Shown here piece by piece: positions 1-11,974 of a stretch of DNA of 56,204 nucleotides (position 1 is its first letter; each line of letters starts with the position of its first letter). The notes beneath the pieces were generated by a model. The model was given only the letters and a program-made list of their open reading frames with translations. It was not told where the DNA came from and ran no database searches. The translations under genes were made by a program, and so were the position numbers. Source of the DNA: Moniliella sp. 'wahieum' (taxonomy: Eukaryota); assembly GCA_003971905.1 (NCBI GenBank), contig RSEE01000151.1:62001-118204 (forward strand), read 5' to 3'.

Positions 1-1387
1 CATATTCAACCTGAATCGCTATGCTAGTACCCCCTTGTTGTGGCCCCAGAAGCCCAGTTGGACAATGCCTCCCTCCGCCCACGCGTGCTGCCCGAAGCGC
101 AACGCCGCTTCCCTCCAACCCATCATTAACAGCCGCACAGTTAAAGCACCCCGCCCTCTCGGCAGCTCTGCGCTGGTGTGCAGTCTTTCTGAGGGTTCAG
201 TTGGCACTGCGACAATTCAGTGGCTACTCCAGAGCGTCTTGGAGCTGCGGGCGTCAATGGCTCAGTTGTGCTACTCTTTTTGGATGTTGGCCCGAGCCGC
301 CGGACTCGTGGCATCGTCCACATGCCCACCACCGTTCGAGAGAGAAGTACAAATGTAGAACAGCTCTTCGATTTACTCCAATTGATTTTCAGACTCGATT
401 CAACGTGTTGAGAGAGTTAGTACCCATCATGTATAATGTGTCGTTTTGTCCGGGCGCAGGTTACGGTAACAGGAGATGGGAGATGAAGTAGGGCCTAAAT
501 AGTGGCGGCGCAAATGGATTGCATGTCGGGACCAGGGGCGGAGGGCGATCCTTGAGGCACTGTGGCAGGAGGGCGGTGGGGTCAACGAAGAGTTGTTGCC
601 GTCGGAGATATCGTCCATCTTGGGGCCGGCCGCGTTGGGTTCAACGGCGCGGCAGTTGGACATGGGGTGGGAAGGAGTGAGGTAGGGCGGGAGAGAGATG
701 TCAACAAGGTGGGATGGGTGCCAGTTGGGCTAAAAAGCCAAGAAGGCTGAATGGGATCTTAAACCTAACATGTAACAGGAAATGGAGATGGGGCAAAGGA
801 TGAGGATCATATTCAGCGAGGGGAAAGAGGGCGAGGATATATGCATCAGAGAAGAAGAGAATATGCGAACCAAGTCGCACTAAGAAGGAAGGGGGAGCAT
901 AGTCAAACGGGAGAAACATGGTCTAGAACAAATCAGGGAGACCAGTCAACCGATGACTAGAAGTATGACCAGGTGGGTCCGATTCCGACACCATACGGCA
1001 CTTGCCAGACTTGTCCTCTACCAGTGCTCCTGTACAGCCTACTAGTACGCTACGACCTTGGACTCTCTTCGCACCCACTCGGACTCTCTTTCACACTTTC
1101 ATTCTTCCGCAGAGAACTCGAAATGGGGCACCTGGCCAGGCGGGGTACGGGGGAGGAGGAAGGGAGAGGTGGGGGCCAAGAAGGGGAGGGGAAACGAGGT
1201 CCAATAGCCTCTGGGTGGGATGCACCGGTGTGTGCGAGAGAGTGAGATGCGCATGTATACATTGTCTGTTCATCGAGGGCTGCGCCGCGTCCCATCTCTC
1301 CCAGCCTACGCACTTACCCGCCATACAGGCGACGTCTGGTGGGCGCACACGTGTCGATTGGTGCGGCTCGCTCTTACCGCTCAGGGC

Positions 1388-2452
1388 TCAGGTACGACAG
1401 GTGTATCCCAGACAAATGCCCAGGACAATGGCAGCGATGCATAGCAGAGTGACAAGAATGGCAAAGACAATACGCAAGACCAGCCATTTGGTCAGGGGGG
1501 GCGGCGCAGCGGGGAACCACGTCGGGCGGAGCTGCCAGCTGTGTATGGCAGACCGTCCTCGTAGCCTGGGCCTGGGCCGGGCCCTGTGTCGTGCGCTGGG
1601 ACGAACCTGGGCCCGGCTGAATAAACGGGAGCATGGGCTGACAGCTCACTCATCTCCACCGGCGTGGCAGACAGGAGGGTAGTGGACGGAAGAGACAACC
1701 GTGTGTCAGGCACAGCCGGGGGGTGGGGCTCGGGACAGGGGAGATGGCTAGGGCGGCCGTCTCGACGAGCGGAGGAGGGGGGCTACCAGTAGCCGTGTGA
1801 GATGTGCCGGGGACAGGCGGGAGAAGGAGGAAGCAGGGGTGTGGGATTGGACTTTGTAGGGCGTAGCGGCGCAGCGGGGGTAATGAGCGTCGCTTGGCTC
1901 GCCATGCCCATGGTGGAGAAGAGGGAAAAGAAGGACCCAGCACTGCTTGCGTTCCGCTTAGGGTGATCGGGGCGGACCGACCGGTTGGCCAGAGACCAAT
2001 CGCCAGACGAGCCAGGGTACGACCGAGGGATGAAGGACGAAGGCGGCGCACCACTTGCGCCCGGCACGGCCGGGGTGCAAGGGCGAAGCGTGGTAGGAGC
2101 GCAGAGAGGGTGGAGGGGATCGTGGGATCATGTGTCTGTGCGCGCACGGTGGTGCTGCTGCCGGCTCGGTCGAGATCAAGAGGGGAGAAGGTCAAGGAGG
2201 GTTCTTCGGGCGGGTCCGACAGCTGTTCCTGCAGCATGCTCCCCGAATGCCCCACATGGTGAAAGCCGTAAAACAGACTCGGAGGAGGAGAGCGTCTGCT
2301 GGGGGCGGGAAAAGGTAGAGGGGTCGTCGTGTCCGGACATGGGGGGCGCCGGGGTGGGCTGGCTGGCCTACCAAGGCTGAAGTCGAAGGCGGAGGCGAGC
2401 GCGCGCCCCGGGGCAGCGGCAGGGAGGTGGGGAGGGACGAGAAGCGGCCCAT
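1388..2452 (-). CDS. Hypothetical Pro/Ser-rich protein with a single C-terminal transmembrane helix (tail-anchored-like); frameshifted in this assembly
   Basis: Minus strand 1500-1388 reads LTKWLVLRIVFAILVTLLCIAAIVLGICLGYTCRT-stop (TGA 1390-1388). It joins ORF 1492..1713 across a G7 homopolymer and, further up, ORFs 1650..2255 and 2192..2452. A C-rich leader and TATATA (about 2558-2563) lie upstream. Start codon uncertain. Confidence 0.45.
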
Positions 2453-4107
2453 CTCAGCTGGCGTCGACAGGGGCGGTGGAGGGGCGGAGCGAGGGGCAGG
2501 GGCGGTGGTCGGTGCGGAGGAGGCGGAATGGCGCAGCGGCTGCTTTCCCGTCGCCCTCTATATATCTCTGCCCATGCCGGAGTACCGAGGCCCCGCAGGC
2601 TGCTTGCCAAATGCGGAGCACCCAGCAGGGTGCGGGGTAATAAATACTTCGATTGCATCAAAAATGCATCATGCAATAAACCCTTCAACATACCCAAAAG
2701 CCATTATATCGAGGAGCACATGCATGCTAAGTGTAGGGGGGGTCTGTTTCCAAGGCGCAGCCTTTGAAGATGATGGTAGACACCTGCCCATATGTTCACG
2801 CGCACCGTAGCCAGCACCGGGAGGGGGACTGGAGGGCGGCGACGCGGTCTAGGTTGGCGGATGGGCACATTAGTGTCGGTGGCGCAGGGGGATTAAATAG
2901 TAGAGTCTAAGATTATAATAGGACGAGAGACACGTGTTCCTCTCCGCCACTTCGGTGAGCAGCCAAGCGGGCGTCTCGTTTGTGTTGGGTCCCACGACCC
3001 GTACTTCGGACAAGGAGCCTATCACCCTTTGCCCGATATGGATCTCCGACGCCACCACGTGTATATAACACCGGCTTAGTGTTCAAAAGCCCCTCTTTTT
3101 TGCTATTAAAGTTCCAGTCACCAACAACAACAGGTGTGCTGGCAGAACGGCTTAGACCCTCAACCGCCCCCCTTCGATTGCATCGCTCTACATCTCCAGA
3201 GAGTCTTCACCCGGATCCATGAGTTCCTCAGTCCGGACTCTCAGCTTGGGCGCACACACTGCGTCGAGGCATGGGCAGCGAGCGTTTGTGAAGGCCATCA
3301 ATCGCTCTATAACAGCACGTCTCGCCTTTTCCTCTATATCCCCGAGTGACCGCGGGGATTCGGACTATGTCCTCATAGCTTGGGCCGTATCCGAAGATAC
3401 TCCACGGTGGCTTCGAATGATTTGGGACATCCAACGTCACGTCCTGGTAGTTCCTATGAGGCGTATACGAAGTGCGTGGGGGGTTTCACTTGTCCTTATT
3501 TCCGCCTAGCCCGGGTGAGATAGGCTGCGGGATGTTGCTTTGGGGCATTATATGGTTGGTGGGCTGGACTATGCCATCGCATCGCCCTCGGGGACCCATC
3601 GTCGGGACTGCAGATCTCGATTCAATTATTCAGACCTCATCGAACATCGAGTGGCAATCTGATTGGCCAAATACCAAGGGCACCTCCCGCCTGCGTGGCT
3701 AAGTCAATCCACACATCACGCGGCACCACTAGAACGTCCATCTGCCGCTTTAGTTGCTCTGTCCCGCTGTGTCTGTCTGAGGCACTTCCACCGAGCCGAG
3801 TAGATCTCAGACTTCTGCCTTCCCCAGCGCACGGAGCCAAGATCCAGATTCCATCCAGTGGGCCAAGGGAACCACGCGCCGCAACAAGTTCAAGAGAACA
3901 ATAGATGCATACATTGCCACCGGCCCCCAGCGCCATCTCCCCAGGGCCAACGCCAACGGCTCAGGGGGCACGATCAACAAAGAGAAGGGGGAAGCAGTAA
4001 GAGAGAGTCCATTCCATGGCTCGTATCCGCAACGGGGTAACGGGCAAGGCATCGCCTTGCGTCCGTCGGCCATGTCCATGTGCTCATGCCATCATGGCAT
4101 CATGGCA

Positions 4108-7100
4108 TCATGGCGACGCCAGCCGCAACTGCGAGTCGAGCGAGGAAGCGTACCGCGTGTGGGTGTACGTGTACGTAGGTGCCTGTGCCTGTGCCTGTGC
4201 CTGTGGGTGCGCATCGGCCTGTGCCCAGGCGCCACCAGGGGCAGGCTGTGGACCCGACGGCCGGCGGCGGACAGACCAGGGCGAGAGCGGGTGGGGCTCC
4301 AGCCGAGCCGGCGCCGGGGCAGGGGGCGAAGCGGAAACGGACATGGAGTGGTCGTGCAGGGAGAGGACGCTATCGCGGGTAGGGTACGTGTGGACCGACA
4401 TGCCATCCTCCTTCTTGTCCTGCTTGTCCTGCTTGGCTGATGGCGAGGCGGGGGAAACCGAGTGGAGCGAGATGGAGGAGGACGACGACGAAGGCGTATG
4501 CGGAGGCGAAGACCTAGTTGGAGGCCAGTGCGGCTGGGCCAACGGGTGGGACAGGCCCCCCCTGCGCGGTGGGATGCACAATGCCGGGTGAGGAGGACCG
4601 GGGCGGAGGAGCGCCAGGTGCGGATGCCTGAGCTGCAACGGGCGGGAGCGGGGTCGGGAGCTGCAGCGGGAGAAGGAGTGGGAGCCTGCGCCGTGGGCAA
4701 ATGTACGGGTAAGGGCGCGGGTTGGGGTGAGCCCCAAAGCGTTTCCAGCCCTTGCGTTTCTGCGGCGGGTTAAAAGGCCCATGGATCTGGGGAAGGTCCT
4801 GGCGACCATCCAGGTCGTACAAGTTGAGCTTGGTCAGTGCCTTGACGCCCCTGACCTCGAAAGGGTACGGATCCTTGCCCTGCGCCGCCAAGGCCATCGC
4901 CTTAGCTTCTAAAGCACGGGCGCGGCGAACGCGACGGCGCGCTTCGGCCTCCAGGCCGCGCATCAGCTGCGCATGCACCACCTCCTTCTTCTTGGTCTTG
5001 TTGCCGCCAATCCAGATAAGCAGGCCAGCCAGCGCGTTGCACGACAGGGAACACGAGATGATCATGGCGGTCAAGACGGTGGGCCGGTGGTGGTACTCGA
5101 TGCCCCACGTCACACCGCACAGCGCCCCTTGCAACAACGAGTGCATATCGGACAAAATCACAATTGCTACCGCCAGGTTGGCACTGAACGCGCGATGGGT
5201 CTCCGTCTCGTGGTAGCGGTAATAGTTGTGCGCCCAGCGGAACTTGCGTTGCTGGTACACCAGCTCACTCTCGTCCGCCAGCGACAACATCGCCGGCTCG
5301 GCATCGGCCGGCACGGCATAGGCCACCCGCCCACCCGGATTGTCCACCATAAACGCCGCTCCCGTCGCGAGCGCATCGGCTGTCCCGCCCACGGACGTGC
5401 TCGGGCTAAAGGAGACGGTGGCCAGGCGCGTGGTGCTTGCCGAGGCAGCGGAACCGAGGCTTTGGTCGTACTTGGCATTCGGGCTGGCGTTGGAATCGGG
5501 CGAGGCCAAATAGGAAGCTGCAGCACCGGGCACGATTTGAGGTGCACGGTACTCGGACCGAGACCGGACCAGCACATAGGGCCGTTCCGTCGCGGGCGTG
5601 CTGGCCCTGTCGGCACGACTAGGGCTGTTGAGGGATGAGGAAGCAAGCGAAGCATCTTCGTCGGGCAAGAGCGGCGTCGTGGACGGGGGCCGAGCGGGAG
5701 GCTGCACCACGTGCGTGTTGATCCTCTCCAGCGGAGGCCGGTCCGGGTGCGGGAGAGTAGACTGGCTTGGGTACGCGGCGGACCCGGACGAGGGCGGATA
5801 CTGGGCTAGGTCGCCGCCCTCAGCCAGATCGGGCATGGAAACGGCCACGGGCCGATCGCCCTGAGCCTCACGAGAAGTGAGCGGCGATGGCGGTGTGGCC
5901 GAACGGCGGTAGCGAGTGACAGGGGGTGACGACGCGAGGCACGAAGAAGACGCGAGAAGACGGAAGACTTGGGAGGCGCGTCTGGTGGCGCCGCCAAATC
6001 GACCGTCTGCTGGGCTGCAACCGAATTGATCGAGGTCAGAGATAGTCCCCCTCCCGTCCGGTTCGTAGAGTGGAACCCTCCCGAGCCTGAGCCCACCAGG
6101 CCAAACTCAGATGCAGGCAGCCGATGCCGACGCACTGTGCTGGGTCACCGCCACCGCCACCGCGGCCGCTTCCTCTGCCACGCGCATTTCCGCCTGCGCC
6201 GTGGTGTCATGGCGGACACGGTCATGGATGCCGGCTTTGTCCTGTGCTTGCTTTTTGCGATCTCGCCGCTGTTGCGCGGTCAGGGAAACCTTGCTCCCTG
6301 CTTTCTGGGCGTGGGACAGCTCATCCTGAGCCGCTTGAGCTGCCTCGGCGGGAGGCAGATGACGGCGACGGTTGGTGTCATACAGGCGATAGGCATACGA
6401 CCGGGGCAAGTCGTTGGGGTCCTGGAGCGGTGGCAGGCCCAGCTCTTTGCGCCGACGGAGCGCACGCAAACGGTAGCGGGTAATGCGGAAGATACGATAC
6501 GAGTCCCGGGCGCGGGAGGGTGCCAAGAGAAATCCGGTCAGGTTGAACAAGACACAAAGAATCTTGTCGCACCGCTCAATCCATAATCGTCGGTTGGGTG
6601 GGTTCCACCAATGCACAATCAAAATAAAGATGGCGATACCCCAGGAAGCGATAAGCAAGCCATAAAGAACCATCAAGAAACCCATGGCTGCAAGACGACC
6701 AAGAGTGTCAACGGGCTTGAAAACATGAAAAGAAGGGAAAAGAGGGGTGAGGGAAACATACGTGTTTTCAAATACCTGCCAAAGCCAATCAGCCCACGGC
6801 GGAACCGTTCACGAGGCGACATGAGGCGAGCAATAGCGGCTTCGACGGCTGCGTCTTCTTCGGCCTGTTCCTCGGCCAGGCGAGCGTCCTGTTATACTGG
6901 TCGCTGAGCAAAAGTGGCCCTTGACTCTCGTCCGGGCCAAAGTATTGGTGGTGCCCGACTCATCGGCAGTGCGGCCTTCCAAAGGAGAGCCGTCCTTGGG
7001 AAGCTGGGGAAGCTGGGTCTGCAAGATTTCGTCTGGCAACGGTTGCGGAGCAAGGCGAGGATTGGGTAGGGGGCATCGAGAGGCCGGGTAGTCATAGTGT

Positions 7101-7819
7101 CCAGGTCAAGAGAGACCTTGCTGTCTCCAGCATTCCCCTCAGGGGATAATGGGGTGCGAGGGCACCAATGGGTCAGAAGGGTGGAAAAGGCATGTTCGGG
7201 CATGGGAGTAAGAGGGTCAGGATACGGGACGGTTCGGTTGGCGCCAGCTGCGCTCGACTGACTCGTCCGTCGTCCAATGGATCCTTTGCGACGGCTAAAG
7301 GAGGGGGCGTGTGGACGAAAGCGTCCGTGATGGCTAGCTGTTGAGTTGCGGCGCGAGGAAGGCATGGATGGGTTGCCAGACACATTGCTCAGTCGATGGG
7401 CATCCTCCTCCTCCTCGTCCGCAGATGCTTGGGACCAAGTCGTTCCACGACGGGATCGGGGGCGGTGGAGGGAGGGCCCAAAAAGAACGCCTTGGATGTT
7501 GCTCCAAGTGTTCAGGGTCGCGTATGCGGGATCAACAACGTCCCCACATCCGCCTCCTGGGCACGCTCGGCCTCCGCATCGGCGGCGGCCTCGGCACGAG
7601 ACTCGTTGCTGGTATGGGCGCGAGTGCGCATGCCCCGGAAGCCACCGTGGCGGGGGAAGCTGGGGAAAGAGGAGGATTGGTCTGTGTGTTGGGGGCGTGG
7701 GGCGCGAAGTGGGGCGGAGCAGCCAAGAGGGAGGGGGTGGTGGGACTGGGGGCTTCGCTGGCAAGCTCCGGATCGGCCGGAAGCGGCGGGGGCGCCGGCG
7801 CCGGCGGGCTGACGGTCAT
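4108..7819 (-). CDS. DUF2985-family fungal integral membrane protein
   Basis: Splicing intron 6761-6688 (GTATGT...TTGCAG) gives YLKTPMGFLMVLYGLLIASWG...RRLWIE...LPPLQDPNDLP. The second half reads YQQRKFRWAHNYYRYHETETHRAF...SDMHSLLQGALCGVTWGIEYHHRP...SCNALAGLLIWIGGNKTKKKEVV, typical of DUF2985. Several frameshifts; start could be 7819 or 8017. Confidence 0.8.
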
Positions 7820-10800
7820 GGCGGTGTGGGGGGGGGGGGGAGGAGGGGCAGGCAAGGCGTGTGGCGGGCGCGCTGCCGGCCTGGCGTATGTGCCGCTGGC
7901 CCGGGGGTAGTAGGAGGGGGTGGGGGGGCGGAGCGGGAGTTGGAGCGGACAGGGAGGCGGTGGAGGGAGGGAGGGAAGGCGGAGTGGTGGCGAGGGCGGT
8001 GAGGATGGCAGCACCATCAGAGCATCATCACCCACCCAGAATCCGCTCGTAGGCGGACGCGTCAAGCGTCGCAATAAGGAGGCAGCCAGTACGCTCGTGT
8101 GCCTCGCTTGGGCCGCAGCGGCCAGGCACTAGCCCAGCCAGCAGTCACGCGTCATGCATCATGCATCGCTCAGCCATCCATAGCACCCTGCCTGCTCCCC
8201 CGCATGGCGCCACTGTGCGCCGGCCATGGACGGACTGGACCCTGCGCCGGCCGCGCTCAGCTGAGCAGCGCCCCAGCGAGGCACCGCTGGGCGCAGCGGA
8301 TGCTCCGGCAAAGACAATGTCAGCAACCTCAGCTGGCAGGCAGCCTGCCCCGCCGCTCTTCTCCTCTCGCCGCGCCAGCTTCCCCGCCGTCGTCACCGCA
8401 CCCATCGAGCGTCGCATCGGCTGATGCGCCCCGCCACACCCGCTGCAGTGGCCCCTCGCCCGGGCCGTCCGCGGTGGCGGCGTCTTGCGCCGGGCAGTCA
8501 CTAGCTTCACTCTAGCCATCCTAGTCATCGGCGTTTGGTGCTATCATTATGTGTCAGCGCCCAGTCGGCCCTCAGGCCCTCACGCCCTCACGCCCCAGCC
8601 CTCAGCGCCTCGGAGCTCAGCTCAGCCAGCGGGCCGCAGCAGCGGCCCTCCCACCGCCACGGGGACTAGGGACGGCTGTATGAGTGGGTGGGGGCATCGT
8701 GCATCCTCCTCTGGTTTGGAGAGCAGCTCTATCAGGCGGTGGGATACATAGAATGTGTTCTTTTTCTCCAAGGAGCAATATGCCCAGATGGACCTGTGGA
8801 CGTGGGTTGCTCGTGCCGTTACACACATGATGCATGATAGGTTGCACGAACAGGAACGTTGGTTGGCGCTTCGCCTGCTCTCTCACAGACCCGAAAGTGC
8901 TAGGGTGCTCAGCACTCCCGCTGATTGTTCCAACAGCGACCGCGTGACTGTAGTACTGGCACCGGAAGACTGTGTCATAGAAGGTCATAGCGTCCGGGTC
9001 ACCAGAGTTGTCGGTGACCGGTGAGCTTCACACGCCATTTTCCATTTATAAGTGCGACGGTCAGCCTGAACGCTCAGCCTGAGCGCCTGAGCTCGCAATA
9101 ACGCCCAATTCCTAAGGCCTACGAGCCGAACGGCCTAAAGCCAGAAGGCCCTCAGGGAATGAACTCACGGTGGCTCAGACCCAGGCCGCAAGCAAATGAG
9201 TCAGAGGAAAATGATTCATGACAGGCAAAAAGATGAAGGAAATTCATTGAATTCAAAATCACTGATCGATCTCATCGAACCCATCCATCAAAGGGGCCCT
9301 TGGGGCAACGCGCTTCCCCATGGTCAGTACGTCAGTGTCAGTGGGTACGTGGACCGTAGAGGGGGAGTCAGTGTGGGGAACACCAATGATTAATGAGCAG
9401 GGATGTGACGTTGACGCTGACGCTAACGAGCTCTTCTCTGAGATCTCAGCCCTGGGCTGAGCGCTCAGGCTGAGCACCCTACTGGGCCTGAACGCCTCTA
9501 TTGAACGTTGAACGTACTGAACGTTGAACACGCTCAGCTCGCCGAGCGCCCGAGCGCCTCTTGCCTGTGGCGTGGCCAGGTGGTGGGCAGCTTCATACCC
9601 ACCGCAGCAGTATTTATAGCAACCGACACTCGGAAAGGCTAGGCCTTGGAAATTGGACAGATACTTACTTGCACGGTACGGGCCCACTGGCTACGTACCT
9701 CGCCGACACACCACACCCTCTCGGGCCAAGCCCTACCACTGCGGTGACATATGTGCGGGTGACATGTGATGTGTGATATGACGTGACGGGCCGGAGCACA
9801 CGAGCCTCAGAGCGTCCAGCGGCTCAGCACTGAAACTGAACTCGGCCTCAGCGCCTCAGCCTGCGAGCCGCTCGGCCGGCACACCGCAGCACCCCACGGC
9901 ACACCTGGCCCACCAGCCCACCGTCGCCATTCCGCCTCCATTCCGCTGCCCAGCCCCTCCTCACGTGACCATCCTCGCTTTTTGTTAACTGCACCTGGAA
10001 TCAACCTTCAAGTCCAGCCTCAGGCTCCTCAAGCGTCAAGAAGCAAAGGACCACTTGTTGCGCCATCCCAAAAGGGACATGCTATACGAGACTTTCTGCG
10101 GGGTTCAACGTTCAGTTCAGCGTTGCTCACGCTACCAGGTGGCTGCGCCTCAGGGCGTGGGACCCTCAGGGCCTCAGCCCCAGGCCCTAGTCAAGCAGCC
10201 TCAGATCCTCTCAGAGCCTGCGGATCTATGTACCACAGTGACGTAATATCCTCCACCCCATCTGTCCAGCGCACATCCCCTTGGTCTCGTCCGTTTCCGG
10301 CTCAGAAATATATATACCCCCTCTCTGGGCCGTACATAGATGGGTATATGGGGTCCATTTGTTATCAGTCCGCATTGACCTCAGCCATCTCACGTCAGCT
10401 GGCTCTTTTCTCAGCCGGATATGTCGTTGGCTTGAGCTGCTGGGAGCACTGGGCGCTGAAGTATAACAGGGGGCGTATGTGTTGAACCGATATACGTGTT
10501 GAGCTTTTGAGATCTGAGATGAGTACTGAGTTCTCAACGACGTTGTCAGCTGAGTACACTGAGCACCTGAGTTATCCAGAGAAAAATCTGGAGTGATCGT
10601 GACCTATCGAAAGGGAATACGTAGAGAGAGGGAGAGTTGTATACGAAGGGGAAGCTAGGAAAGTCCGGAGTGCGATCTGCGATCAGATATATTGATGAGA
10701 TTGGCAATACAGTTGTGGCCAAAATCGTTGTCAGCACGACACACACATGACTGGAAGAGATCTGCAGTCCGGATGGTCCTCAAAGGCGATGCAAATCGCA

Positions 10801-10918
10801 CTAGTGATGGCGGTGGTCTAAGACCTAAAAGCCAAGCAGCAACGCCTACACAGGAACATCAAGCAAATAGCTGCCACCAGGGGCTAAGCTGTGCAAAACA
10901 AAAGGAGAGAGAGACAAT

Positions 10919-11724
10919 TGTCACGGGCCAAGACGGGCTTGGCAAGCCCAGCGAAGCCTACGCGTGTGCCCTCCTTCCTAACCCCGTCCCCAAGTTGGTC
11001 ATGGGGTCAGATCTCAGAGTCGATCTGATCCGATCTCAGACCTCAGCTGAGGCCCGTCCGCTCTGCCCAGCAATAGACCGCGCTCCCGGATTCGACTCAG
11101 TGTGTTCGATCGCGGCTGGCAAGACTGCCAGGGCGTCGATTCCCACAGTTCAATGTTTCCCTTTTCGTCCTTGTCTGGTTCCAGTGGTTCGTGCTTTTCC
11201 CATACGGTCCATTGGCGTGTCCCCCTACTACTACTCTCTCCTCCTCTCGCCAATTGATCAAGCCAGTACAGAAATATCCTCTCTCCTTAGTTGCTCCTCC
11301 AGCTCCCGTCTTCATCTCTCCGCCCCTCAGTCAACCCAGTTTGCGCGTGCCTCGCAGCCGTGCCACGCCGAAGTCCAGCTCAGTTGATGAGTCGCGTGTG
11401 ATCCCGTCTCCATCCACGCCGCCCCCACAGTCTCCTCGTCCAGCTCCAGTCCGGCAGGGTAGGTCCTCCGCTGCCACTCCGCTACCCTGAGCCCGAAGGC
11501 TTCACTGGACACGCTACTGCCGCCGAAGCGGGTGCTACGCAGCCTTGCCACACTGGCAGCCGCGTCTGCTTTACGCCGAAAGGCCTCTCCTTGTGCCTAG
11601 CCCCCGCTCGGACCCACTAATAAGCACAGCGCGTACCTACCGTGAAATCGACCTTAGGACCTCCGAGGGATTGCACCCCGAACCTCCCCGGGCGGTCTCC
11701 CTGGCGGTGCTCCGGTCCGTGACT
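10919..11724. mobile_element. Probable solo LTR (~806 bp)
   Basis: Starts TGTCACGGGCC and ends GGTCCGTGACT (inverted termini, 9/11 match, terminal CA decayed to CT). Flanked by near-identical 5-mers ACAAT (10914-10918) and AGAAT (11725-11729), consistent with a target-site duplication. No credible ORF. Confidence 0.55.
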
Positions 11725-11974
11725 AGAATAATGGAACTCCTAGGCCTGATGAGAAGGGACTGAAGGTACGTTGGCCAAAGCACACGAGCCACCCGATGGC
11801 CCAACACGACTGTTGAACCTTTTCTGGATCAACTACGAGATGGGGTTGAGCTTTTGGAAATGGTTTCCAAGAGGCCTTTTAGAAACAGTATATGTTTGGT
11901 TTTCCCTTCTGTCACCGCTTTCTTCACTCGTTTTGTGGGCGGGCTCCGACTCCCCCGGGGAGAGAGTAACCATC

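Noticed and set aside
1..663. Minus-strand gene starting at ATG 663, with a C-rich leader and a TACTAAC branch-like site (~422-416)
   Set aside because: All frames contain stops and I recognise no family; it may be a pseudogene or TE relic but cannot be supported.
2980..3222. Integrase-like fragment (…GVLAERL…)
   Set aside because: Resemblance to the copia PQQNGVAER motif is too weak to call without a search.
9661..9800. U1 snRNA (starts ATACTTAC)
   Set aside because: Reads ATACTTACTTG rather than ACTTACCTG, and no Sm site or U1 stem-loops follow.
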